This document shows positions 45,238 to 52,898 of a stretch of DNA of 55,712 nucleotides, piece after piece. Made by a program: the position numbers and the translations under genes. The DNA lies in contig CAYQUK010000002.1 in assembly GCA_964420875.1 (NCBI GenBank), forward strand, positions 1 through 55,712, read 5' to 3'. Positions within the stretch are counted from its first letter, which is position 1. Each line of letters opens with the position of its first letter. A model generated the notes under the pieces. It saw only the letters and a program-made list of their open reading frames with translations, searched no databases and had not been told where the DNA came from. The DNA comes from an uncultured Candidatus Saccharibacteria bacterium (GTDB lineage Bacteria; Patescibacteriota; Minisyncoccia; Phycocordibacterales; UBA5272).

Positions 45238-45422
45238 CGCCTGAGGCTGAGGCGGGGGAGAAAAAGTCTCCGCCACCAAAAGACTCAGGCGCATCGCCGA
45301 AAGATGCCGTAAAGGCATCTACGACAACTCCGACGCAATCAACAGCAGAAGGCGCTAAAAAGGCTGACTGCTTCAAGGTTCCGGGCTCCAAAGGTACATT
45401 CACTGGTCTTGGTGAATGTTGA
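45231..45422 (+). CDS. -1 frame continuation of cassette 3 ORF (no own start codon)
   Basis: The -1 frame is open from 45165 to TGA 45420-22 with no ATG/GTG/TTG start. It reads AVAPEAEAGEKKSPPPKDSGASPKDAVKASTTTPTQSTAEGAKKADCFKVPGSKGTFTGLGEC. The cassette terminator comes only after this segment. Confidence 0.4.
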   Translation, partial: AVAPEAEAGEKKSPPPKDSGASPKDAVKASTTTPTQSTAEGAKKADCFKVPGSKGTFTGLGEC

Positions 45423-45438
45423 ACTAAGGGTCACAAAA

Positions 45439-45470
45439 GGGTCTCGCAAAACATCGCGAGACCCTTTTTT
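45439..45470 (+). terminator. Intrinsic terminator of cassette 3
   Basis: GGGTCTCGC-aaaacatc-GCGAGACCC 9-bp stem followed by T6. Confidence 0.7.
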
Positions 45471-45495
45471 CTATATAAAATAAAGGTTAAACACC

Positions 45496-45523
45496 TTGAC
45501 AAATACTGTAAATAGTGTATACT
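45496..45523 (+). promoter_or_regulatory. Promoter P4 of GC-rich cassette 4
   Basis: TTGACA (45496-501), 16 nt, TATACT (45518-23) in the context AGTGTATACT. Confidence 0.55.
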
Positions 45524-45592
45524 GTTTACAGGCGTTCAGGAGTTAAAAACCTGAACAAAATCAGTTCACAGTACAATCACATTGGAGTTCAC

Positions 45593-46600
45593 ATGAAGAA
45601 GTTCATCGCTATGATCGCAGGCGTAATCACGCTGTTCTCTGCAGCTGCACACGCAGCCGCAGTTCAAGACTGCCGTCACGATGTGGCGCCGGTAGAAATC
45701 GGCCGCTACGCAGCCGATCAAAAGAACAACGTAATAGTGTCGGAGGAAGTGATTCCTGTCGGCTCTACCGTTACCATGTCCTATCGTGTCGGTGACGACA
45801 TGATAGGTTGGGTAACTTGCCGTACGACGAAGGTTCGTAAACATGCCACTGTCAAAGGTGGAGAGGTTTACGACATCGGTTGCGGTAATGTTGTCCGCAA
45901 GGCTGAAAAAGCTGGCGTCGTTCGTAAAGAAGAACCGGCGACCAATCTCGACATTCAACGTCCTGTTTGCGACGGAAAGTGCCAACTTGAAAAAGTTTGC
46001 GCCACTGACAACGGGGCATTGGTTGCCACCGAAGTTGGTCTGGTCTGTAAGCTGCCAAAACTCTCTATGACCTTTGAACAAGAGGTCGAGACTAACGGCA
46101 AAGTTACATGGACAGATAAGGGTTGGGTTGGCGAAAAGCATACAGTCCTAGGACCAAAGCTCGACGTCGCCATCGGCAAAACCGAAGTAAACATTTCGAA
46201 AGAGGTGTGCTACACACAAGGGTGTTCGCGCCCAGCGGCAAAGTTTGTTGCCGAAGTGAAGGCGGGATTCTGTGGCATCGTCGTCCTGAATGTTGGTCCA
46301 AAAGACAGACTGTTCGCATTCGGCAAAGCGGATCACAACGGAAAGATGGTCATGCAGATGGTCGAGCTTCAAAACTCCGACATCAAAGCAGACAAAAACA
46401 TCAATCTTGCGGGGCTGAAAGCTCGCGGGGCGACATACAAAAACGTTTCCAAGGTCGAGATTTCTCGCTTCGGAAATGATTGCGATAAGTTGCAGGAGTT
46501 CGTGGAGGGGCCATTTTGGCCAGCTTTCGCAAAAGCCTACAACTTGCCGGACGTCTGCGACAAGAAACGTATCGCCGGACCAATCGGTAAGCTCGAATAA
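45593..46600 (+). CDS. Secreted Cys-rich protein (GC-rich cassette 4, hypothetical)
   Basis: ATG at 45593 preceded by GGAG. Signal peptide MKKFIAMIAGVITLFSAAAHA. A 335-aa precursor with many cysteines and no recognisable domain. Confidence 0.7.
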   Translation: MKKFIAMIAGVITLFSAAAHAAAVQDCRHDVAPVEIGRYAADQKNNVIVSEEVIPVGSTVTMSYRVGDDMIGWVTCRTTKVRKHATVKGGEVYDIGCGNVVRKAEKAGVVRKEEPATNLDIQRPVCDGKCQLEKVCATDNGALVATEVGLVCKLPKLSMTFEQEVETNGKVTWTDKGWVGEKHTVLGPKLDVAIGKTEVNISKEVCYTQGCSRPAAKFVAEVKAGFCGIVVLNVGPKDRLFAFGKADHNGKMVMQMVELQNSDIKADKNINLAGLKARGATYKNVSKVEISRFGNDCDKLQEFVEGPFWPAFAKAYNLPDVCDKKRIAGPIGKLE

Positions 46601-46626
46601 GGAAGAGCTAATAAATTCCTAAAACC

Positions 46627-46658
46627 GACCCGGAGCGCGCAAGTGCCCCGGGTCTTTT
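46627..46658 (+). terminator. Intrinsic terminator of cassette 4
   Basis: GACCCGG..CCGGGTC outer stem with an inner GCGC/GTGC extension, followed by TTTTCT. Confidence 0.7.
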
Positions 46659-46672
46659 CTATTGTGGATAAC

Positions 46673-46702
46673 TTGACAAAAGCCTACTTAGTGTGATATA
46701 AT
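46673..46702 (+). promoter_or_regulatory. Promoter of the 817-aa surface protein gene
   Basis: TTGACA (46673-78), 18 nt, TATAAT (46697-702). A second GGTGTATAAT element sits at 46718-27. A perfect DnaA-box 9-mer TGTGGATAA (46663-71) lies 1 nt upstream of the -35. Confidence 0.5.
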
Positions 46703-46753
46703 GTTTATCAATTAATAGGTGTATAATCTTATTATTAAAAAATACTTTATATT

Positions 46754-49207
46754 ATGATAAAAAATTTACTAACAAAAAGTCGCAAAATTATTTCAATTGG
46801 AATTTTTGTGCTCACTGTTTTTGTTTCAGCTTCTAATATAACATCAGCTCAATGGAATGATGATTGGGGTATATACGACACGACAAATCAAGGTAATTAT
46901 GGAAACTGGGATAATATCAATGTTGATTTTGTTGACAATGTTTGTGGTTGGTCTACACAGTGCCCAACAAACACATCTTGGGACACAACCAATAATTGGG
47001 GTATATACGACACGACAAATCAAGGCGATTACAATACTTGGTCAAATCCTAATGTTGATTTTGTAAACCCTTATTGTAATACATATGATTGTTCTGGTAC
47101 TGTAAATCCAACATGGGTTCCACCACAAACCAATGACTATTGGAGCAATCCAGAGCCGACATTTACTGCGACCCCAAACACTTGGAATACACAGACTATA
47201 CCTAACACATACATACCAGCAAATACATACACTGGGTATACAGGATATACAACACCGAATACATACTATATAGCACCAACGAGCTATCCTACATATCGTG
47301 CACCAACATACACTACACCTACATATACCGCACCAGCGAATAACACCAACACAAACTGGTCTAACTATAACTACAACAATACAGTCAGCACCTATAATCC
47401 TGTATACAACACAAACACAACAGTAAATACAAATAACACTTGTGCTGGTCAAAACAACTGTAACAACACTTCTAATTACACATATAACAACGTTATAAAC
47501 AACAACACTACAGGTAGCTATAACAACACTACATATGTTCAGCCAACATACACACAGCCAACACCGGTGTGTACAAACGGAGCAACAAATTATCCTGGAT
47601 GTAATATCTGTCCAACTGGTCTCGTGTATACAAACGGTCACTGTGTTACAAATGTAGTAACAAACAACTGTCCTACAAACTACTACTGGAATGGTACAAG
47701 TTGTGTACCTCAAACAAAGACTTGTCCAAATGGTCAGACTGTTAGTATTTGGGATGTGTGTCCAAATCAAACACAAACATGTTGGAACGGTACAGTTATA
47801 CCAGTAACATCAGTTTGTCCAAGCCAATACAAAATCTGTCCAAATGGAACAACAGTATTGATATCACAACAGTGTTACAAGACTTGTCCAAACGGAACAA
47901 CAGTCCCAGATACACAAGTTTGTTACAGAGTGTGTCCAAACGGAACAACAGTCCCAGATACACAAATCTGTCCAACGTATAACAACTACCCGACAGTTGA
48001 TATCAACATCAACCCAAGTATAGTAAATCGTGGAGAGGGTGCCGTCCTAACATGGACAAGCCAAAACGCGACATATTGTACAGCTTCAAACGGATGGAGT
48101 GGTAATGTAAATTTACAAGGGTCAATGAACAGATCAAATCTGCTCGACACAACCGTATACACTATCACTTGTTATAATGCCCAAGGTCAATCAGCAACAG
48201 ACAGCACAACAGTAACAGTGCGTCAGAACTTGCCATCTAGTCACAGAGTTGTAACGACAGCAGTAACACAGATAACAAAGACAAGCGCTAGATGTAATGG
48301 TGTGGGGATCATATCAAATGGAGTATATTCAAATGGTTGGTTCGAATACGGCGAGACTCGTGATCTGGGTCGTGTTACAAACAGTGCCTCAATCGGTAAC
48401 TTGCCATCTTCACCATTTGGTAATCAGATAACAGGCCTCAAGGCTAATACTACATATTACTGTAGAGCGGTGATGAGTAATGCTAATGGTACATACAGAG
48501 GTGAAATAATATCATTCCGCACTACTAGCGACTCGATAACATATATACCAGTAACACCGAGCAATCCAAAGACCCCAACAAAACCTATTATATGTACAGA
48601 TGACACAGGAGCAAAAGAGTCTCTGTCTGAAGGAGAGAAATTGATGTCTATCACTCTAGAGAAAAAGTCTGGTCTGGTAGCATTAGGAGAGGTGGTAGAG
48701 TATCGTGCTCATTATCTAAATACAAGTAAGATCAAATTAACAAACGTAACCATCAAGATGGTACTGCCTAGTGAGATGACATATATCAGCAGTAACAGAG
48801 GTGTATACGATGAGAGCAACAACACAGTGGTTGCAAATCTAGACACAGTAGGGGCTGGTATGTCAGATGATCTGATTGTAAAGGTAAAAGTAAAAGACAG
48901 CGCATCTGTAAACAAATCAGCTGTAGTCAGTACATATATATCTTATGATGCACTAGACAGCAAGGGTTCATCTATTAGAGACGAGAACACTGCATATATA
49001 GTTAGCACTATAGCAGCAGCTCAAGATGAGGCTAAAAATAATACAGAAGTAACAAAGACTGACACAAAGACTAGCAATGACAGATCTTTCTTGCCTAATA
49101 CTGTATTAGAGTGGCTAGCAATCATAGCCTTGATACTGGTTCTCATTGTTCTCGGTAGATCTATATATACTGGGATAAAAGGCGAGGCGCATAAGGGTCA
49201 TCACTAA
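46754..49207 (+). CDS. Large cell-surface protein: Asn/Thr/Tyr-rich region, CPNG Cys repeats, Ig-like and DUF11-like domains, LPxTG-like C-terminal anchor
   Basis: N-terminal signal/TM. Duplicated WGIYDTTNQG units. Four CPNG(Q/T)TV repeats within a longer Cys-rich repeat series. DUF11-like segment (VVEYRAHYLNTSKIKLTNVTIKMVLPSEMTYISS). The C-terminus is LPNTV, then a hydrophobic helix, then a basic tail. Confidence 0.75.
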   Translation: MIKNLLTKSRKIISIGIFVLTVFVSASNITSAQWNDDWGIYDTTNQGNYGNWDNINVDFVDNVCGWSTQCPTNTSWDTTNNWGIYDTTNQGDYNTWSNPNVDFVNPYCNTYDCSGTVNPTWVPPQTNDYWSNPEPTFTATPNTWNTQTIPNTYIPANTYTGYTGYTTPNTYYIAPTSYPTYRAPTYTTPTYTAPANNTNTNWSNYNYNNTVSTYNPVYNTNTTVNTNNTCAGQNNCNNTSNYTYNNVINNNTTGSYNNTTYVQPTYTQPTPVCTNGATNYPGCNICPTGLVYTNGHCVTNVVTNNCPTNYYWNGTSCVPQTKTCPNGQTVSIWDVCPNQTQTCWNGTVIPVTSVCPSQYKICPNGTTVLISQQCYKTCPNGTTVPDTQVCYRVCPNGTTVPDTQICPTYNNYPTVDININPSIVNRGEGAVLTWTSQNATYCTASNGWSGNVNLQGSMNRSNLLDTTVYTITCYNAQGQSATDSTTVTVRQNLPSSHRVVTTAVTQITKTSARCNGVGIISNGVYSNGWFEYGETRDLGRVTNSASIGNLPSSPFGNQITGLKANTTYYCRAVMSNANGTYRGEIISFRTTSDSITYIPVTPSNPKTPTKPIICTDDTGAKESLSEGEKLMSITLEKKSGLVALGEVVEYRAHYLNTSKIKLTNVTIKMVLPSEMTYISSNRGVYDESNNTVVANLDTVGAGMSDDLIVKVKVKDSASVNKSAVVSTYISYDALDSKGSSIRDENTAYIVSTIAAAQDEAKNNTEVTKTDTKTSNDRSFLPNTVLEWLAIIALILVLIVLGRSIYTGIKGEAHKGHH
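46863..47025. repeat. Intragenic duplication with perfect 31-nt cores
   Basis: ATTGGGGTATATACGACACGACAAATCAAGG occurs at 46863-46893 and 46995-47025, 132 nt apart. The flanking sequence is diverged. Confidence 0.85.
47885..47965. repeat. Intragenic tandem repeat (48-nt period) with perfect 33-nt cores
   Basis: TGTCCAAACGGAACAACAGTCCCAGATACACAA occurs at 47885-47917 and 47933-47965. It encodes CPNGTTVPDTQ twice. Confidence 0.85.
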
Positions 49208-49255
49208 GATAATCTAAAACTCCAACAACAAAAAGCCTTTAATAGTAAATAAAAA

Positions 49256-49280
49256 CAGCCGCCCGAAGGGCGGCTGTTTT
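49256..49280 (+). terminator. Intrinsic terminator
   Basis: CAGCCGCCC-GAA-GGGCGGCTG 9-bp stem followed by TTTTGTG. Confidence 0.7.
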
Positions 49281-49296
49281 GTGTTAAAATATAGAG

Positions 49297-49752
49297 ATGA
49301 AGTTAAAAGGTGTAAAGTTGGAACATTTAGACCAAGTCGCAACAGCGATAGTGGATAGTTTAAATGAAACAAAGACCTCAAAAATAATACATTTGGTGGG
49401 GGATCTGGGGGCTGGCAAGACAACCTTGGTTAAAAGTATAGCAAAGGTGCTCGGCATCACGGCGTCTGTTCAGAGTCCGACTTTTGTTTTTATGCGCGAG
49501 TATGAAACCAAACACAAAACAATAAAAAAACTTTATCACATAGATGCTTACAGATTTGAAAACAAAGACGAAGGCAAGGTTCTCGAGTTGGACAAAATAC
49601 AAAATAAAAATACTCTTACAATAATCGAGTGGCCAGAGAAAATGCATGCAGGAGATCCAGATATTATCCTCACTTTGAAACATAAAAACGAAAACGAGAG
49701 AGATATAGACGTCAAACACATAGTAAAGAAACCAGATGTTAAGCAAAAATAA
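49297..49752 (+). CDS. tsaE: tRNA threonylcarbamoyladenosine biosynthesis ATPase TsaE
   Basis: P-loop LVGDLGAGKTTLVK, SPTFVF and HIDAYR motifs characteristic of TsaE/YjeE. Confidence 0.85.
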   Translation: MKLKGVKLEHLDQVATAIVDSLNETKTSKIIHLVGDLGAGKTTLVKSIAKVLGITASVQSPTFVFMREYETKHKTIKKLYHIDAYRFENKDEGKVLELDKIQNKNTLTIIEWPEKMHAGDPDIILTLKHKNENERDIDVKHIVKKPDVKQK

Positions 49753-52093
49753 AAAGAGAATAATACTGATAGATAGTCACGCACTACTTCATCGTGCGTA
49801 TCATGCAATGAGCGGATTCTCGACCAGAGACGGTAGGCCTACAGGGGCGCTGTTTGGATTTGTTCGTATGATATTCAACGGTGTAAAAGACGTAGACCCA
49901 GAGTATGTGGTGGCATGTTATGATTTACCAAAACCAACATTTCGCCACATAGCCTATGAGAATTATAAAGGTACGCGTAAAAGTACTGACGATGATTTGA
50001 AAAGTCAGATAGTTGAAAGTAAAAGATTCTGCCAAGCCCTAGGTATACCGATAATAGAGCTTGAGGGGTTCGAAGCTGATGATTTATTGGGTACCCTTTC
50101 GAGGCAGTTTGATCCAAAGGAATATGATGTGGTAATAGTGAGTGGTGACATGGATGTGATGCAGCTCGTGAATAAAAACGTCTTTGTATACACTATGAAA
50201 AAAGGCATTGAGACGGCGTTTTTTGATGAGGCTGCGGTGCTGGCTAGATACGGCATCACACCAGCCCAGATACCGGACTACAAAGGGCTAGCCGGAGATG
50301 CAGGTGATAACATTATGGGAGTAGATGGCATAGGGGAAAAGACAGCCATCAAGCTAGTTAATGCTTTTGATAGTATTGAAAATTTATATAAACAAATTGA
50401 AAAAGACGAGAAAAAAGTACTGGAATACATTTCTCCCAGAATACTCGAGAAATTAAAAACAAATCAAGATGAGGCTATCTTTTCAAAGACATTAGCAACT
50501 ATAAGATTGGACGCAGAAGTTAAACCAGATCTAAATCATCATTGGCCAGAATGTGTTGATATTAAAAAGTATCAGTCTCTCTGTGATGAGTATGAGCTCC
50601 GTAGTCTTCGTAATTATTTTGACTATTTTGAAATGGAAAAAGAGGGGAAAAGTTTGGATGACATAGAGCAAGAAAAAGAGAGCAACAAAGTGGTGATAGC
50701 AGATGAGCAATTGGAGGAGTTGCAAAGTATGGCGATACTGCTCAACTCAGAACAAATAAAACCAACGTTTGAAGAGATACAAACTACACATCAAATAGTT
50801 GGTGGATATGATGAGACCAAAAAAGTTTTATTAGAAAAAATAAATGAGTCTGGATTGACTGACTATTATAACAACACAGAGTTACCGATACTGGAGATCA
50901 TTCGCCATATGGGGCGGTCAGGTATGTGTGTAGACATGAAGGCGTTGGATGAGCAGCTTAAAAATTTTGAAAAAAGAATAAAAGAGTTTGAACAAAAGAT
51001 ATACAAATTGGCAGGTAGAGAGTTTTTGATCTCGAGCCCAAAACAACTGGGTGAAGTACTTTATGATGAGATGGGTCTCGGGCAGAAAATTAAAAAGACA
51101 GCCACAGGTAAACGCAGTACAAATGTAGAGATGCTAAACAGTATGCGTGAGGAACATGAGATAATAGATCTGATACTCAGCTGGCGTGAAGTGAGCAAGC
51201 TATACAGCACATATTTACACCCACTAGCTGGATTTGTTGGGGACGATGGACGTATACATCCGCATTTTTTGCAGACAGGCGCGTCCACGGGCAGGTTTAG
51301 TTGTGAGAATCCAAACATGCAGAATTTGCCAGTAAAGAGCGAGTATTCTGAGGCTATTAGAAATATATTTGTGGCAGACAAAGGTTGCAAGTTGATATCT
51401 CTAGACTATTCACAGATAGATCTGCGCGCTGCGGCCATACTTTCCCATGATGAGAACCTAATAGATATATTTAAAAGAAATCAAGATGTACATCTTGGTG
51501 TGGCCGCGAGAACTCTTCACAAAAAAGAAGAAGACGTAACAAAAGAAGAGAGAAGAAAGGCAAAAGCTATAAATTTTGGGATACTTTACGGTATGGGTGT
51601 GAATGCTTTAAAAGAGTCCATGGGGGTAGATAGGGCAGAGGCGCAAGAGTTCTATGATACTTACAAGTCTACATTCACAACATTGATGAGTTATTTAGAA
51701 AAAGTTAAGGCTGAAGCTACAAAAACTGGATACACTGTTACACTTTTTGGTCGTCCGCGCCACATTCCACTGTTGCGATCAAAGATCCCTTTTATGAGGT
51801 CTCAAGGTGAACGAATAGCTATCAACGCCCCAATACAAGGGACTAGCGCCGATATTATCAAGCTAGGCATGATAGATGTTTACAAGGATTTGGAAAAGTA
51901 TTTTAAAAACGGAGATCTCAAAATGCAGCTGCAAATACACGATGAGTTAGTGTTTGAGGCAAAAGAGGCGCTGGCTGTGGAGTTGTCAGAGAAAATAAAA
52001 ACAATAATGCAAAATGTTTTAGAAAAAAGAGGTATCAATATAATACCTCTCAAGGTTAGTTGTGATATAGGGGATAAGCTTGGAAAACTATGA
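49736..52093 (+). CDS. polA: DNA polymerase I (5' nuclease plus polymerase domains)
   Basis: 5' nuclease LIDSHALLHRAYHA. Pol motif A LISLDYSQIDLR, motif B RRKAKAINFGILYG, motif C QIHDELVFE. At 785 aa the central region is shorter than in E. coli Pol I. Confidence 0.92.
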   Translation: MLSKNKKRIILIDSHALLHRAYHAMSGFSTRDGRPTGALFGFVRMIFNGVKDVDPEYVVACYDLPKPTFRHIAYENYKGTRKSTDDDLKSQIVESKRFCQALGIPIIELEGFEADDLLGTLSRQFDPKEYDVVIVSGDMDVMQLVNKNVFVYTMKKGIETAFFDEAAVLARYGITPAQIPDYKGLAGDAGDNIMGVDGIGEKTAIKLVNAFDSIENLYKQIEKDEKKVLEYISPRILEKLKTNQDEAIFSKTLATIRLDAEVKPDLNHHWPECVDIKKYQSLCDEYELRSLRNYFDYFEMEKEGKSLDDIEQEKESNKVVIADEQLEELQSMAILLNSEQIKPTFEEIQTTHQIVGGYDETKKVLLEKINESGLTDYYNNTELPILEIIRHMGRSGMCVDMKALDEQLKNFEKRIKEFEQKIYKLAGREFLISSPKQLGEVLYDEMGLGQKIKKTATGKRSTNVEMLNSMREEHEIIDLILSWREVSKLYSTYLHPLAGFVGDDGRIHPHFLQTGASTGRFSCENPNMQNLPVKSEYSEAIRNIFVADKGCKLISLDYSQIDLRAAAILSHDENLIDIFKRNQDVHLGVAARTLHKKEEDVTKEERRKAKAINFGILYGMGVNALKESMGVDRAEAQEFYDTYKSTFTTLMSYLEKVKAEATKTGYTVTLFGRPRHIPLLRSKIPFMRSQGERIAINAPIQGTSADIIKLGMIDVYKDLEKYFKNGDLKMQLQIHDELVFEAKEALAVELSEKIKTIMQNVLEKRGINIIPLKVSCDIGDKLGKL

Positions 52094-52656
52094 TCTATGT
52101 AAGAGTTGGAACAAATTTAAAAGAGAGAATGAAGGGGGACAAGATATTCTCTGGCACAACTCGTGTTCTGAGAGCTGGAGAAATAGAAAGCCTAAAACAA
52201 TATTTACAAGCAGATATGTTTGGGAATAGAGAGGTGATACGCATCGAAGAGTGGCAAGGTGAGAAAGAAAGAGAGGTTTTGTATGGGTATTTGAAAGAAA
52301 TGCAAAAGTCAGAAAATGTGTTTTTGATAGACGAGACACAGATATTGCCAGCAACACTGAAAAAGCTTTCAACTTTTGCTGAAAAAGTCTTTGACTGTCA
52401 GGAGGAAAAGGAAAAAGTAGATCCTTTTGTATTAGCAACATTGATACAAAACAAAAACAAGCGTGGAGCCTGGATAGAGCTACAGAGAATAAAGGGTCTG
52501 ATGCCAGCTGAGGAGTTGCAGGGGGTATTGTTTTGGAAAATGAAAACAATGAGAAACAAAGAGGGTATGTTTGATCTTATTAATATGCGCCACGAGGCAC
52601 ATGAGGGGAAAGGTGATTTGTATGATGACCTAGAGAAGCTTATACTAAAAATATGA
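52090..52656 (+). CDS. Hypothetical protein, possibly DNA polymerase III delta (HolA)-like
   Basis: 188 aa, start overlaps the polA stop. The pattern ADMFGNREVIRI.., LKEMQKSENVFLIDE.., DPFVLATLIQNKNKRGAWIELQRI loosely follows the HolA layout. The product call is tentative. Confidence 0.4.
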   Translation: MIYVRVGTNLKERMKGDKIFSGTTRVLRAGEIESLKQYLQADMFGNREVIRIEEWQGEKEREVLYGYLKEMQKSENVFLIDETQILPATLKKLSTFAEKVFDCQEEKEKVDPFVLATLIQNKNKRGAWIELQRIKGLMPAEELQGVLFWKMKTMRNKEGMFDLINMRHEAHEGKGDLYDDLEKLILKI

Positions 52657-52811
52657 GATATCTCTTTTATTTTTTTGTAGGATTTTGGGTGCTGTGGATA
52701 ATTTGGTATTTGGGTGGTGGGCCATTAAGAGACGACAAATCAAAGGCTTTTATAACTCCAAGTGAGTATGGTTTCGAGTATGCTACGACTATCCCCAGTA
52801 TTAGCCTCTAG
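52653..52811 (+). pseudogene. Possible 52-codon remnant ORF (TM helix plus ITPSEYGFEY segment)
   Basis: ATGA overlap with the previous stop. My translation is MRYLFYFFVGFWVLWIIWYLGGGPLRDDKSKAFITPSEYGFEYATTIPSISL. It resembles the N-terminus of membrane-anchored alpha/beta hydrolases but stops before any catalytic domain. Confidence 0.25.
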
Positions 52812-52898
52812 TATATTTTAAACATAGGTGCTACACTTTTTGTAAAGGTGCTTTGAATTCCGTATTTTCTTATCAAAGCAAAATCTAATCTAAAAATA

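Noticed and set aside
46663-46671. Perfect DnaA-box 9-mers TGTGGATAA at 46663-71 and 52693-701 as a second origin
   Set aside because: They are isolated single boxes without an AT-rich unwinding element or box cluster. About 0.4 such perfect 9-mers are expected by chance in this window. The first could still be a DnaA-regulated promoter site, but that is untestable here.
47042-47776. 244-aa Cys/Val/Ile-rich minus-strand ORF inside the 817-aa surface protein gene
   Set aside because: It is an artefact of the AAC/ACA/TAC-rich low-complexity coding region read in reverse. It has no start context, and the plus-strand ORF is continuous with recognisable domains.
46863-47965. Diversity-generating retroelement (template/variable repeat) explanation for the intragenic repeats
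   Set aside because: Differences between the repeat copies are not confined to adenine positions, both copies are in-frame parts of one gene, and no reverse transcriptase is present in the window.
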